A stretch of DNA of 64,000 nucleotides from Candidatus Magasanikiibacteriota bacterium (GTDB lineage Bacteria > Patescibacteriota > Patescibacteriia > Magasanikbacterales > GWA2-37-8), in the NCBI GenBank assembly GCA_943359595.1, contig CALRIA010000003.1, positions 3,179 through 67,178 on the forward strand, given 5' to 3'. The translations under genes and the position numbers were made by a program. Under the pieces are notes generated by a model. It had not been told where the DNA came from, did no database searches, and worked only from the letters and a program-made list of their open reading frames with translations. This document shows, piece by piece, positions 49,566 to 59,955 of the stretch. Within the stretch, counting starts at the first letter, position 1, and the number at the start of each line of letters is the position of its first letter.

Positions 49566-50045
49566 CTAATAATGATACTGTCGTCCGCCCTCTATCATCA
49601 TCGCTCTATAAATTTGTTCAAATAAGAACACTCTGATCATCTGATGAGTAAACGTAAAAGAAGAAAAAGATAATTTTAAGTTGGCTATTTTTAAAATTGA
49701 TTCGTCAAGCCCTAGTGGGCCACCGATAACAAAAACAAAGTCACCGTTACCACGGACAGCCACTTCAAATAAATATTTAGAAAATGCTATAGAAGAAAAT
49801 TGTTTACCATGTTCATCTAAAACAATGACAAAAGCATCTTTTATTTTATCTAATGCCTTTTTTATTTTTTCCGCTTCTTTTAATTTAATAATTTCAGTTG
49901 GAATTTTTTCATCAAAAGATTCTTCTTTTAGCTCAATTATTTCTACTTTGGCAAATACTTGCAAACGCTTGAGATATTCTTTTTCCGCTTCTCTCCAAAA
50001 ATTTTCTTTTAATTTCCCCAAACAAATTAATTTCAAACGCAACAT
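49566..50045 (-). CDS. rlmH: 23S rRNA (pseudouridine1915-N3)-methyltransferase RlmH (SPOUT)
   Basis: 159 aa, SPOUT-fold pattern 'FVIVLDEHGK...VFVIGGPLGL'. Confidence 0.7.
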   Translation of the reverse strand: MLRLKLICLGKLKENFWREAEKEYLKRLQVFAKVEIIELKEESFDEKIPTEIIKLKEAEKIKKALDKIKDAFVIVLDEHGKQFSSIAFSKYLFEVAVRGNGDFVFVIGGPLGLDESILKIANLKLSFSSFTFTHQMIRVFLFEQIYRAMMIEGGRQYHY

Positions 50046-50052
50046 AGTGTTT

Positions 50053-51060
50053 TTATTTTTTGATCAAATTATTTATAAAAATTTTGCCAGATTTTTCCCA
50101 TGAAAATTGTAGAGCTTTTTCATGACATTTTTCAGGAGATAAATTTAGACAAGCCAGCGCAGCTATTTTTAGATCATCATCGATAAAACCATCTACTCCG
50201 GAAGTTACTATGTCTCTTGGTCCCATCACATTGTGAGCAGCAACTGGAATACCACAGGACAAAGCCTCAAGCATTACTAAACCAAATGTTTCAGTGCAAG
50301 AGGGAAAAACAAACACATCACAAATAGACAATAAATTTATAAGCTCTTCTCCTTTTTTATACCCAACAAACACCGCTCTACCAGCGTATTCTTTTTCTAA
50401 TTCCTGACGCTGTGGGCCATCACCAATGACCAGTTTAGTTCCAGGCAAATCGCAGTCTAAAAATTCTTTAATATTTTTTTCAACAGCTACTCGTCCACAA
50501 AAAACAAACACTGGCGATGGATAGCTAAGCTCTTTTTTTTGATTTATATTGCGTTTAAAAAATTCTGTATCTACTCCCAAAGGGCACACTACAATATTTT
50601 TAAAACCACGTGACTCCAAATCTTGTTTTAAACTTTGGGTACTTACCATTAAAGCATCTGAAGTGCTATGAAACCAACGCAAATAAGCATACGTACTATT
50701 AAAAAGGAAAGATGCCCTAACCTTTAAATACAATGGGAAATTAGTATGATAGGCAGTAGAAAATTTGATCTTTTTTTGTACACAGACCATTCTAGCCGCT
50801 AAACCCAAAGTGCCTTCAGTAGCAATATGAATAAAGTCTGGATTTTCTTGAGCAATAATTTTTTTAATTTTTTTCTGAGCAAAAACCGACAACCTTACCT
50901 CCGGATAAAAAAACAATGGAACGCTATGAAACATGCCAGGATGTATCAAAACTACTTTAAAATCATTTTTTTTAAGTATCTCAATAGTTTTTTCTAATGA
51001 ACGTACCACTCCATTTATAATTGGAAGCCAACTATCCGTAAAAATAATAATTTTTTTCAT
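50053..51060 (-). CDS. Glycosyltransferase family 4 (GT-B, group 1)
   Basis: C-terminal 'E.FGLVMLEALSCGIPV' retaining-GT4 signature. Confidence 0.75.
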   Translation of the reverse strand: MKKIIIFTDSWLPIINGVVRSLEKTIEILKKNDFKVVLIHPGMFHSVPLFFYPEVRLSVFAQKKIKKIIAQENPDFIHIATEGTLGLAARMVCVQKKIKFSTAYHTNFPLYLKVRASFLFNSTYAYLRWFHSTSDALMVSTQSLKQDLESRGFKNIVVCPLGVDTEFFKRNINQKKELSYPSPVFVFCGRVAVEKNIKEFLDCDLPGTKLVIGDGPQRQELEKEYAGRAVFVGYKKGEELINLLSICDVFVFPSCTETFGLVMLEALSCGIPVAAHNVMGPRDIVTSGVDGFIDDDLKIAALACLNLSPEKCHEKALQFSWEKSGKIFINNLIKK

Positions 51061-51084
51061 ACACGTTTATTGTGTATTACACTT

Positions 51085-52242
51085 TTAAAAAGACAACAAT
51101 TTTTCAAATCTATCTTCCAAAATTGCAGCGCGAGCTTCTCTCATCAATTCCAACATAAAATGGATATTATGAATCGTGGCCAAACGCAAGGCAGAGACTT
51201 CTTGAGCCAAGAATAAATGATGGAGATAAGCACGTGAATAATTTTTACAAGTCAAACAGATACAGCCAATACTAATCGATGAAAAATCTTTGGCAAAAGC
51301 AGAATTTTTAATATTTATTCGACGTTTTGGATCTTGTGAAGAAGAAACAAATACCATACCATGACGCGCCAAACGTGTCGGCGCTACACAGTCAAACATA
51401 TCCGCGCCACCAGCAACTACCTTTAACAAGTCAGTTGGATCTAAACCAACACCCATAGTATAGCGTGGTTTGTTTTTTGGCATTAATGGGATCACCCAGC
51501 GTAAAATATCTTCGGTAGCTTCCATATTATAACCAATACTCTCTCCACCAATAGCGACACCATCAAAATCTAAACTGGAGATATATTTGGCTGATTCTTT
51601 GCGCAGTTCTTCATGATTAGCCCCCTGAATAATACCAAACAAAAACTGTTTATAACCATGATAGGCAGTATTTTTCTGATGCTCTATTAAACAGCGCTGC
51701 GCCCAACGATGAGTGCGTTCCATCGCTTCTTTTGTATATTTAAAATCCGCACTATCGGAAGTACATTCATCAAAGGCCATAATAATATCGGCTCCAATCT
51801 TATGCTGACACTCTATTGCAGATTCTGGAGTAAAACGATGAGTTGAACCATCAATATGAGATTGAAAAGTTACCCCATCTTCATCTATTTTCACTAATTT
51901 CCCCTGATCGCCTGTCTGCCTTTGTTCTTTTTGTAAACCCAAACTAAAGACTTGAAAACCACCAGAATCGGTTAAAATTGCCCTATCCCAATTCATAAAT
52001 TTATGCAAACCACCAGCTTGAGCAACCAAATCTTCGCCTGGACGCAGATGTAAATGATAGTTATTAGCCAAAATAATTTTTGAATCCAAAGTCAACAGAT
52101 CAGTTTGATCCAAAGTTTTTACTGTTGCCTGCGTGCCAACTGGCATAAATACTGGCGTGGGAATATCTCCATGCTCAGTATGCATTATACCGGCACGTGC
52201 ACCAGTTTTTTTATCTTCATGAATTAGCTCAAAAAATGACAT
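51085..52242 (-). CDS. tgt: Queuine tRNA-ribosyltransferase
   Basis: 'GARAGIMHTEHGDIPTPVFMPVGTQATVK', catalytic Asp region, zinc site 'CICLTCKNYSRAYLHHL'. Confidence 0.92.
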   Translation of the reverse strand: MSFFELIHEDKKTGARAGIMHTEHGDIPTPVFMPVGTQATVKTLDQTDLLTLDSKIILANNYHLHLRPGEDLVAQAGGLHKFMNWDRAILTDSGGFQVFSLGLQKEQRQTGDQGKLVKIDEDGVTFQSHIDGSTHRFTPESAIECQHKIGADIIMAFDECTSDSADFKYTKEAMERTHRWAQRCLIEHQKNTAYHGYKQFLFGIIQGANHEELRKESAKYISSLDFDGVAIGGESIGYNMEATEDILRWVIPLMPKNKPRYTMGVGLDPTDLLKVVAGGADMFDCVAPTRLARHGMVFVSSSQDPKRRINIKNSAFAKDFSSISIGCICLTCKNYSRAYLHHLFLAQEVSALRLATIHNIHFMLELMREARAAILEDRFEKLLSF

Positions 52243-52307
52243 ATTTATTTTATTTAAGCTAATTCTATGCTATTTTGCTCAAAAAATCAAGCCAAACAAA
52301 ATTTTTA

Positions 52308-52358
52308 TAAAAAACCTCCTAAAACAGCACGACCGTTCGGGAAAATCCACGAACGGTC
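52308..52358 (-). terminator. 9-bp hairpin (gaccgttcg / cgaacggtc) followed by a T-rich stretch on the minus strand
   Basis: Read directly. Downstream of the 52385..52699 ORF. Confidence 0.45.
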
Positions 52359-52384
52359 TAGCGGTTGTTGCGAATCGTGGTCGC

Positions 52385-52699
52385 CTATGAAGGCAAAACA
52401 CGATCACGGTTGTTGATTGGAGTGAAAATAAAGTTGGTGTAATCACGCCACTCGATTACAACCAAAGTGTTACTTTGGTACTTGATTTTAAGTTCAGATT
52501 TGCGCAATGAATGACCACCGCTCATTCGCCTCTTCTTTTGTACCCGAAACGGTCCTGCTTTTGAAATCATAACGAAATCCAGGTGTGTTGAACTCACTTC
52601 GATGAGCACCTCATCAAAAGCCTTAACCATACCGGCTTCTTCTCGAATATATGCCCGAAAACGCATTCCAACACATTGACCAAGCACTTTTCCAATCAT
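52385..52699 (-). CDS. Hypothetical basic protein (104 aa from the ATG) in a GC-rich islet
   Basis: AGGAG-N5-ATG ribosome-binding site at the internal Met. The ORF track's longer form starts at TTG. GC is well above the flanking DNA. No family recognised. Confidence 0.45.
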   Translation of the reverse strand: MIGKVLGQCVGMRFRAYIREEAGMVKAFDEVLIEVSSTHLDFVMISKAGPFRVQKKRRMSGGHSLRKSELKIKYQSNTLVVIEWRDYTNFIFTPINNRDRVLPS

Positions 52700-52828
52700 T
52701 GTCACTCCTGTTATAATCCCCAAATTTCGGCGCAACCACTGACGCCGAATGCAAAAATATACTATAAAAAACTATTTTTGTCAATGTTTTGATTAATAAC
52801 TATTTACATGCTAAAATGACAATTCCAT

Positions 52829-54853
52829 ATGATAAATTTTGAGCAAGATTTAAATAAAGAACAATTAGCTGTTGTCCAAAGTGGAGATGGCCCTTGCTTA
52901 GTATTGGCCGGAGCTGGTTCTGGGAAAACTCGTACGATAACATACCGTGTTGCTTATCTGTTGGAAAAAGGCGTGCCACCAGAACAAATTTTACTAGTTA
53001 CTTTTACCAACCGTGCCGCCCATGAAATGATCGAACGTGTCCAAACACTCACAAATACTGATCTACCATTGCCGTGGTCAGGAACCTTTCACCATATCGC
53101 CAATAAAATGCTTAGACAGTATGCAACTTATCTAGGATATAAAAATAATTTTACAGTTTTAGACGCCGATGATAGTCAGGCCTTAATAAAAATATGTATT
53201 AAAGAATTTAAAACTACAGACCGATTTCCTTCCGCCAAAGTTGTAGGTTCAATTATTAGTTTTGCTCGTAATTCTCAAACAAATATTGAAGAAACAATCG
53301 AAGAAAAATTTTCTGCCTGGTGGCATCTTTCTAAAACTATCGGCGATGTATCTTCTCGCTATGAACAAAAGAAAAAAGAATCAAATGTAATGGATTTTGA
53401 TGATCTGCTTATCAACTTAGCATTATTATTAAATATTCCCGGTATTCAAGAAAAATTTTCTGGCCAGTTTAAATATATTTTGGTAGATGAATATCAAGAT
53501 ACTAATAAATTACAGGCTAATATTATTGATAAATTAGCCAAAATTCATCGTAATATCTTGGTAGTTGGTGACGACGCTCAGAGCATATATTCTTTCCGTG
53601 CGGCAGATGTTAAAAATATTTTAAACTTTGAAGAAAAATATCCAGAGGCCAAAACTTTTCGTCTTGAAACTAACTATCGCTCTCATCAACAAATATTATC
53701 TTTGGCTAATGATGTTATTTCCAACAATCGTTATCAATATCCCAAACAATTAAAAGCAATAAAAGAAAAAGGGGTAAAACCAAATTTATATCCTAAAAAT
53801 GATCAATCGGATGAAGCAGAATTTGTAGTAAAAAAGATTAATGAACTATTAGAACAAGGAACTGCCCCTCACCATATTGCCGTACTTTTTCGTGCCGCCA
53901 GCCATTCCCAACTATTAGAAATGGAACTAGCCAAAGTTGGTATTCTTTACGATTACCGTGGCGGTCTACGTTTTTTTGATCGTGCTCATATCAAAGATGT
54001 ACTGAGTTATTTACGTATATTAAATAATTTATCAGATACTGCCGCTTGGTTGCGGGTTTTATTACGCGAAGAAGGTATTGGCCCAGCTGCTGCTAATAAA
54101 ATTATTGAAGCAGTCCAAAAACTAGAAAAAATCGAAAACTTAAAAAATATCGCTCAAGGATTGAGTAATAAAATTCAAACAGGCTTCAATAATTTCCTAG
54201 AAATTTTTGAAACTCTATTGGCAGCCTACATTCCAGAAAATAATCCGGGAGATTTAATTGAATCAATCATTAATTCTCGTTATAACGATTACCTAACTAC
54301 TGAATATTTAGATAGTGAAGAACGAAAAAAAGATTTAGAGCAAATGGCAATTTTTGCCAACAAACATAAAAATCTTTCCGACTTCTTGGCTGAAGCCAGC
54401 TTACAAGAATCATTTGTTAAACCAACTGCCATTAATAAAAATTCAACTGACCTACAAAAACGATTGGTTTTGTCTACCATTCATCAAGCTAAGGGTTTAG
54501 AATGGGAAGCGGTTTTTATTATTAACATCGCCAACGATGCTTTTCCCAATAGTCGCGCTGTATCTGAGCCAAATGGGCTAGAAGAAGAACGTCGTTTGCT
54601 TTATGTAGCTATCACTCGAGCAAAAAAACACCTCACTCTCACTTATCCAATGTCCACACAGAGGTGGGGGGCAGTCGCTGGCCCAAGTATATTTTTATCC
54701 GAAATAAACCAAGAATTAATTGAGGATCACTCTATCCTATCCTACAAAAGTACAGTATTTAATAATAATGACGATGATATCCAATATATACCGGAAGACC
54801 AACCATTTAAAATAAAACCAGGTAGTTTTCTACGCGATCTCGATGATTTATAA
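52829..54853 (+). CDS. uvrD: ATP-dependent DNA helicase, UvrD/PcrA/Rep family
   Basis: 'VLAGAGSGKTRTITYRVAYL' motif I, 'VDEYQDTN' motif II, 'VGDDAQSIYSFRAA' motif III, C-terminal 'TIHQAKGLEWEAVFI'. Confidence 0.9.
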   Translation: MINFEQDLNKEQLAVVQSGDGPCLVLAGAGSGKTRTITYRVAYLLEKGVPPEQILLVTFTNRAAHEMIERVQTLTNTDLPLPWSGTFHHIANKMLRQYATYLGYKNNFTVLDADDSQALIKICIKEFKTTDRFPSAKVVGSIISFARNSQTNIEETIEEKFSAWWHLSKTIGDVSSRYEQKKKESNVMDFDDLLINLALLLNIPGIQEKFSGQFKYILVDEYQDTNKLQANIIDKLAKIHRNILVVGDDAQSIYSFRAADVKNILNFEEKYPEAKTFRLETNYRSHQQILSLANDVISNNRYQYPKQLKAIKEKGVKPNLYPKNDQSDEAEFVVKKINELLEQGTAPHHIAVLFRAASHSQLLEMELAKVGILYDYRGGLRFFDRAHIKDVLSYLRILNNLSDTAAWLRVLLREEGIGPAAANKIIEAVQKLEKIENLKNIAQGLSNKIQTGFNNFLEIFETLLAAYIPENNPGDLIESIINSRYNDYLTTEYLDSEERKKDLEQMAIFANKHKNLSDFLAEASLQESFVKPTAINKNSTDLQKRLVLSTIHQAKGLEWEAVFIINIANDAFPNSRAVSEPNGLEEERRLLYVAITRAKKHLTLTYPMSTQRWGAVAGPSIFLSEINQELIEDHSILSYKSTVFNNNDDDIQYIPEDQPFKIKPGSFLRDLDDL

Positions 54854-54932
54854 AACTCACCTTAAAAAGTGAGTTTTAATTTTATCACTTTGTTTGAAAG
54901 TTAAATTTATGGTATAATTCAATAAATAATTT

Positions 54933-55319
54933 ATGACAATTACTTCTGATAAAAAATTAAAAAGAATTTTGATAGTCGAGGATGAAAAGCCTATGGCTCA
55001 TGCTCTAGAATTAAAATTAAACCATTCTGGTTTTGAAACAACCGTTGCTTCTGACGGTGAAATGGCTTTAGAAAATTTAAAAAAACAAAAATTTGATTTA
55101 GTATTACTAGATTTAATGATACCAAAATTAGATGGATTTGGAGTAATGAAAGCCATGAAAGACAACAAGGATAAGACGCCAGTTATTATCGCCTCAAATC
55201 TAGGACAGGAAGACGACGCACAAAAAGCAAAATCAATGGGGGCAACCTGGTATTTTGTAAAATCTGACACTCCAATAAATAAAATCGTGGATTATATCGT
55301 AGGTACTTTAATGTCTTAA
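54933..55319 (+). CDS. Single-domain response regulator (CheY/PilH-like receiver)
   Basis: 'ILIVEDEKP...DLVLLDLMIPKLDG' with phospho-acceptor Asp. 128 aa. Directly upstream of pilB2. Confidence 0.8.
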   Translation: MTITSDKKLKRILIVEDEKPMAHALELKLNHSGFETTVASDGEMALENLKKQKFDLVLLDLMIPKLDGFGVMKAMKDNKDKTPVIIASNLGQEDDAQKAKSMGATWYFVKSDTPINKIVDYIVGTLMS

Positions 55320-55326
55320 AATAAGT

Positions 55327-56979
55327 ATGCAAATTGACGATAAAAAAATCAAACAGGTATTGTTGGATGGCAATTATGTTACTGCCGATGATATCACCAA
55401 AGCTGAAACCGCTATTAAAACTACTCAGGGTACAGTAGTAGACTGGCTTTTGTCATCTGAAATTATTAATAAAGATTTGTTAGGACAGGCTATAGCTGAA
55501 GCAGACAAAGTTAGCTACTCTGATTTAAATACCTATAAACCTAGCCAAGAACAAGTCCGTCTATTACCAGAAGATCTAGCCAAACAATTTCATGCTGTGA
55601 TATTTCGCCAAGAAGGTGACGAAATAATAGTGGCTACTGATGACCCAACTCAAGTTGAATTAACCAAAAAATTAAAAACTCTTTTTAAAGACAAAAAAAT
55701 AGTAACTACCTTTTCTTTTATCGAAGATATCGAAGAATCTTTTATTCATTATCTAAAAACTTTAGAGACACGTTTCAATGAAATTATAAAACAACAAAAA
55801 CGCATCGCCCCAGAGCTAATTGAACAAATTATTGATGATGCTGTCGCTTATCGAGCTTCTGATGTCCATTTAGAACCGCAAGAAAAAGAAGTAATAGTCC
55901 GCTTCCGTATCGATGGTGTAATGCAAGAAGCTGGACGTATCCCAAAAGATTATTATGGCAATATTTTAAACCGTATCAAAGTTCAGGCTCAACTACCAAT
56001 TGACGAACATTTTTCTGCTCAAGATGGGGCCGCCAGACAGGTGAGAGAAAAATATACTGTAGACATGCGTATTTCCATTCTACCAACTCTTAATGGAGAA
56101 AAAGTTGTAATTCGTCTTTTGTCTCAATACGTTCGCAGTTTTTCTTTTAGTGATTTAGGTCTATCTCAACACGATCAAGAATTACTTTTAAAAACAATCA
56201 ACAAACCATTTGGAATGATTTTAGTTACCGGCCCAACTGGTTCTGGGAAAACAACTTCACTTTACGCCTTATTAAAATTATTAAATAGTCCGGATGTTAA
56301 CATTACTACTATTGAAGATCCGGTCGAATATAAAATGGCTGGTGTTAATCAAATTCAAGTTAATCCACAGACCAACCTCACCTTCGCCAAAGGCTTGCGC
56401 TCTATTGTTCGTCAAGATCCAGATATTATATTAGTTGGTGAAATTCGTGATCAAGAAACAGCTGAAACAGCAGTGAACGCTGCACTTACTGGACATTTAT
56501 TACTTTCCACTTTTCATGCCAACGATGCGGCTACAGCGATACCGCGTCTTTTGGATATGGATATTGAACCATTTTTGCTATCATCTACTTTAGTAGTTCT
56601 CATCGCCCAACGTCTCGTACGAAAAATTTGCGATCAATGTCGTTATAGCGTCTCATTGAGCAAAGAGGAGATAAAAAAAACCATTTCACAAGATGTACAA
56701 AAATATTTCTCTGGAAAACATATTGTTTTATATAAAGGTAAAGGCTGTGCTGGCTGTGGCAACACTGGTTTTCGTGGTCGTACTGCCATTTATGAATTTA
56801 TCGAGGTCACTCCTGAAATTCAAGAATTAATTTTACAAAACCCTTCAACTGCTCAAATTTGGAAAATTGCCAGAAAACAAGGGTCGGTTACTTTGTTTGA
56901 AGATGGAATCGAAAAAGTAAAAAGTGGTACCACTTCTTTAGAAGAATTATTAAGAATGGCGGAACCTCCAAAATTTTAA
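55327..56979 (+). CDS. pilB: Type IV pilus assembly ATPase PilB/GspE family (second copy)
   Basis: Walker A 'GPTGSGKTTSLYA', N-terminal GSPII_E_N-like domain, C-terminal 'CDQC...CAGCGNTG'. Confidence 0.9.
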   Translation: MQIDDKKIKQVLLDGNYVTADDITKAETAIKTTQGTVVDWLLSSEIINKDLLGQAIAEADKVSYSDLNTYKPSQEQVRLLPEDLAKQFHAVIFRQEGDEIIVATDDPTQVELTKKLKTLFKDKKIVTTFSFIEDIEESFIHYLKTLETRFNEIIKQQKRIAPELIEQIIDDAVAYRASDVHLEPQEKEVIVRFRIDGVMQEAGRIPKDYYGNILNRIKVQAQLPIDEHFSAQDGAARQVREKYTVDMRISILPTLNGEKVVIRLLSQYVRSFSFSDLGLSQHDQELLLKTINKPFGMILVTGPTGSGKTTSLYALLKLLNSPDVNITTIEDPVEYKMAGVNQIQVNPQTNLTFAKGLRSIVRQDPDIILVGEIRDQETAETAVNAALTGHLLLSTFHANDAATAIPRLLDMDIEPFLLSSTLVVLIAQRLVRKICDQCRYSVSLSKEEIKKTISQDVQKYFSGKHIVLYKGKGCAGCGNTGFRGRTAIYEFIEVTPEIQELILQNPSTAQIWKIARKQGSVTLFEDGIEKVKSGTTSLEELLRMAEPPKF

Positions 56980-56988
56980 TTTTATCCC

Positions 56989-58515
56989 ATGAAACCGGAT
57001 AAAACAATGGACAATAAGATAACCTCTCCAAAAAAGAAATCTAACATTTTATCTTTTACTTTTGGTTTCACTGAAGAGAGCCAATATTTTGTAGAAAATT
57101 TATCAATGCTCTTGGCTTCCGGTATGGATATTATCGAAGCTTTAGAAGCGATTAAAGCCGAAATTAAATCTACTAAACTTATAGATATAATTGATGAATT
57201 GGTAGAAAATATTAATTCTGGTTTTAGTTTATGGCAATCTTTGGAGAAAACCAAATTACTACCACCACATATTATATCTTTAGTAAAAATCGGTGAAGAA
57301 AGTGGGCGATTACATGAAAGTTTGGCAGTTGTGGTAGTTCAACAAAATAAAAGCCAATCATTCAAGTCCAAAATACGGGCAGCCATGATGTACCCGGTAT
57401 TTGTAATGGGGGTAGCCATGACTGTTGGGATTGGCATTGCCTGGTTTATCTTACCTAAACTTTCTACAGTTTTTAGCCAACTAAATCTAAAATTACCTTT
57501 GGTCACTAGATTATTAATGAGTTTTGGCGCATTTTTATCACGCTACGGATCAATTGTAGTACCAACATTTATTATTAGTATTAGTATATTTTTCTATTTT
57601 CTATTTTTTTATCAAAAAACTAAATTTATCGGCCAAGCAATTTTATTTTCTATCCCAGGAATTAAAAACCTCATTCGCGAAGTAGAACTAGCACGTTTTG
57701 GTTATATCATGGGTACACTACTTGAAGCTGGGTTACCAGTGCTCGAAGCTTTGAACTCGTTAAAAGAGTCCGGTACTTTACGTGCCTATGGCAGAATATA
57801 TATACAATTAAAAGAAGGCATTGAAGAAGGAAAATCATTTGAAGAATGTTTTCATTCCAACCGCCACATAAAGAAACTTATCCCAACTACCATTCAGAGC
57901 TTAATTGCCGTCGGAGAACGCTCTGGCAGACTAGGAAAGATATTTTTAAATATTAGCGAGAACTACGAAAATAAAACTGAGCTAACTACCAAAAATTTAA
58001 GCGTAATTTTAGAACCGTTATTATTAGTAATTGTTTGGCTTGGAGTAGTGGCCGTAGCCATGGCGGTGATTTTACCAATTTATAGTTTAGTAGGTGGTTT
58101 AAATCAAAAACCTCAAGCTAGCAACCCACCTACTCCCACCGTAACTATTGTCGCCACACCGGTAATCAAAGTTAATAGTGCAGTCATAACCATTGGCACC
58201 CAAGGGATTGTTAATAATAGTTCAACACCTTCTTCGTTACAGACTTTAACACAAACATCGACCCCACCGGCAATTCCAACACTTACCTCCAGCATACCAA
58301 CAACAGGATTTTTAGAAGTATCACAAAATAAACTTGGCTATTTAAATATTCGTGCCACACCATCATCAAAATCTGAATTAATACGCAAAGCTTCTATCGG
58401 AGAAAAATTTAATTATATAGAAATTCAGGATGGATGGTATAAAATAATTTTATCTGCTGACCAATACGGCTGGGTCAGTTCGCAATATGTTCAAATTATT
58501 TCACCCACACTTTAA
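56989..58515 (+). CDS. pilC: PilC/GspF-family platform protein with a C-terminal Thr/Pro-rich linker and SH3b-like domain
   Basis: Two GspF-type repeats and three TM segments. After the last TM comes 'PTPTVTIVATP...TSTPPAIPTLTSS', then 'GYLNIRATPSSKSELIRKASIGEKFNYIEIQDGWYKI...GWVSSQYV', which is bacterial SH3-like. Confidence 0.8.
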   Translation: MKPDKTMDNKITSPKKKSNILSFTFGFTEESQYFVENLSMLLASGMDIIEALEAIKAEIKSTKLIDIIDELVENINSGFSLWQSLEKTKLLPPHIISLVKIGEESGRLHESLAVVVVQQNKSQSFKSKIRAAMMYPVFVMGVAMTVGIGIAWFILPKLSTVFSQLNLKLPLVTRLLMSFGAFLSRYGSIVVPTFIISISIFFYFLFFYQKTKFIGQAILFSIPGIKNLIREVELARFGYIMGTLLEAGLPVLEALNSLKESGTLRAYGRIYIQLKEGIEEGKSFEECFHSNRHIKKLIPTTIQSLIAVGERSGRLGKIFLNISENYENKTELTTKNLSVILEPLLLVIVWLGVVAVAMAVILPIYSLVGGLNQKPQASNPPTPTVTIVATPVIKVNSAVITIGTQGIVNNSSTPSSLQTLTQTSTPPAIPTLTSSIPTTGFLEVSQNKLGYLNIRATPSSKSELIRKASIGEKFNYIEIQDGWYKIILSADQYGWVSSQYVQIISPTL

Positions 58516-58519
58516 AATT

Positions 58520-58969
58520 ATGGGTAAAATAATTAAAAAAAATGGTTTTACACTTTTGGAACTACTTTTAGTAGTGGCTTTAATGGGTGTATTAGCCATC
58601 GTATCTGCTCCAATGTATCTATCTTTACAGGCAGAAAATGAAATGAGTATTACTTCGGTTACTATTGGTGATATTTTACATCGCGCTCAACTAAAATCGC
58701 AGGCGATTGATAGCGATTCTTCCTGGGGAGTAGAGATAACAAATGGATTGCTAATTATTTTTAAAGGATCGAATTTTATCAATCGCGACCAAACATTTGA
58801 TGAAAATTTTTCTTTAGCCAACACTATTAAATTATCCGGTTTAACAGAGGTTATTTTTGCTCCCTTATCTGGAATACCAAATATTGTCGGCGCAATTAAG
58901 CTACAACATTCAGACGGTCGCCAGTCACAACTAAGTATTAATGGAATGGGAATTATCAATATCCCATGA
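58520..58969 (+). CDS. Prepilin-type (class III signal) pseudopilin, GspH/FimT-like
   Basis: 'KKNG|FTLLELLLVVALMGVLAI' prepilin cleavage/methylation motif. Start placed at the Met that gives a short leader. Confidence 0.75.
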   Translation: MGKIIKKNGFTLLELLLVVALMGVLAIVSAPMYLSLQAENEMSITSVTIGDILHRAQLKSQAIDSDSSWGVEITNGLLIIFKGSNFINRDQTFDENFSLANTIKLSGLTEVIFAPLSGIPNIVGAIKLQHSDGRQSQLSINGMGIINIP

Positions 58970-58973
58970 TAAT

Positions 58974-59447
58974 ATGATAAGTATTAAAAAGAAAAAACAA
59001 TTTGAACCAAACGGTTTTTCTTTAATAGAAATTGTTTTATCTAGCGGTTTATTAGGATTGTTTGCCTTGGCTTTTTTAGGAGTGCTCGGCTTTAGCCAAG
59101 AAAGTACTTTGCGCGCTGGACAGCGTAATCGGGCCATTTTTTTGGCCGAAGAAGGTGTAGAGGCCACTCAAAGTATTCGAGATGAAAATTTTGCCAATTT
59201 AATCGCTGGTGATCATGGTCTAAAAACTGATACTAAATGGAATTTCACCAATCAGCCGGATATCATAGACGGCTTTACACGCACATTAACAATAGCTGAT
59301 GTCAATTCCCAAACCAAACAAGTTACTTCACAAGTAGCTTGGAAACAATCTGGAGGAAATCAGGTGTCAGTATCATTTTCAACCTTATTTACCGATTGGC
59401 GTACAGCAACTAGCACTGGAACTAGTACGCAATTTTGTGGAGTTTAA
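58974..59447 (+). CDS. Prepilin-type minor pilin
   Basis: 'EPNG|FSLIEIVLSSGLLGL' N-terminus. Confidence 0.7.
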   Translation: MISIKKKKQFEPNGFSLIEIVLSSGLLGLFALAFLGVLGFSQESTLRAGQRNRAIFLAEEGVEATQSIRDENFANLIAGDHGLKTDTKWNFTNQPDIIDGFTRTLTIADVNSQTKQVTSQVAWKQSGGNQVSVSFSTLFTDWRTATSTGTSTQFCGV

Positions 59448-59448
59448 T

Positions 59449-59955
59449 ATGTATTATTTAAAAAACAACCGAGGTTTTACTTTAATTGAATTATTATTAT
59501 ACACCGTGATAGCTGCCGGGTTACTTTTATCTATCACCGCCATGATCGCGCTACTCAGTCAATCTAGAATAAAAAACCAGACTATCAGTACGGTAGAACA
59601 ACAAGGAACTCAAATATTACAAATCATCAACCAAGAAATTAGAAATTCCTCAATCGTAATTTCACCCGCAAATGGCGTCAGTGGAACCACTTTACAATTA
59701 CAAGATATTAATGGAAAAAATACAACTTTTAATTTATCTAGTAGTACACTAAACGAAACAAAACTTAATCAGACAACACCAATTTCTTCCAATAATATTA
59801 TTGTAAGCAACCTAAAATTTTTAAATTTAACTCCAGACAATATCCACAATTCCATTAAAATAAATTTTACTTTAAATTATAATAATATTGCCAGCCGAAT
59901 CGAATATAATTATAGTCAAACTTTTTATGACACAGCCACGCTACGACAACCTTAA
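59449..59955 (+). CDS. Prepilin-type minor pilin
   Basis: 'NNRG|FTLIELLLYTVIAAGLLL' N-terminus. Confidence 0.7.
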   Translation: MYYLKNNRGFTLIELLLYTVIAAGLLLSITAMIALLSQSRIKNQTISTVEQQGTQILQIINQEIRNSSIVISPANGVSGTTLQLQDINGKNTTFNLSSSTLNETKLNQTTPISSNNIIVSNLKFLNLTPDNIHNSIKINFTLNYNNIASRIEYNYSQTFYDTATLRQP

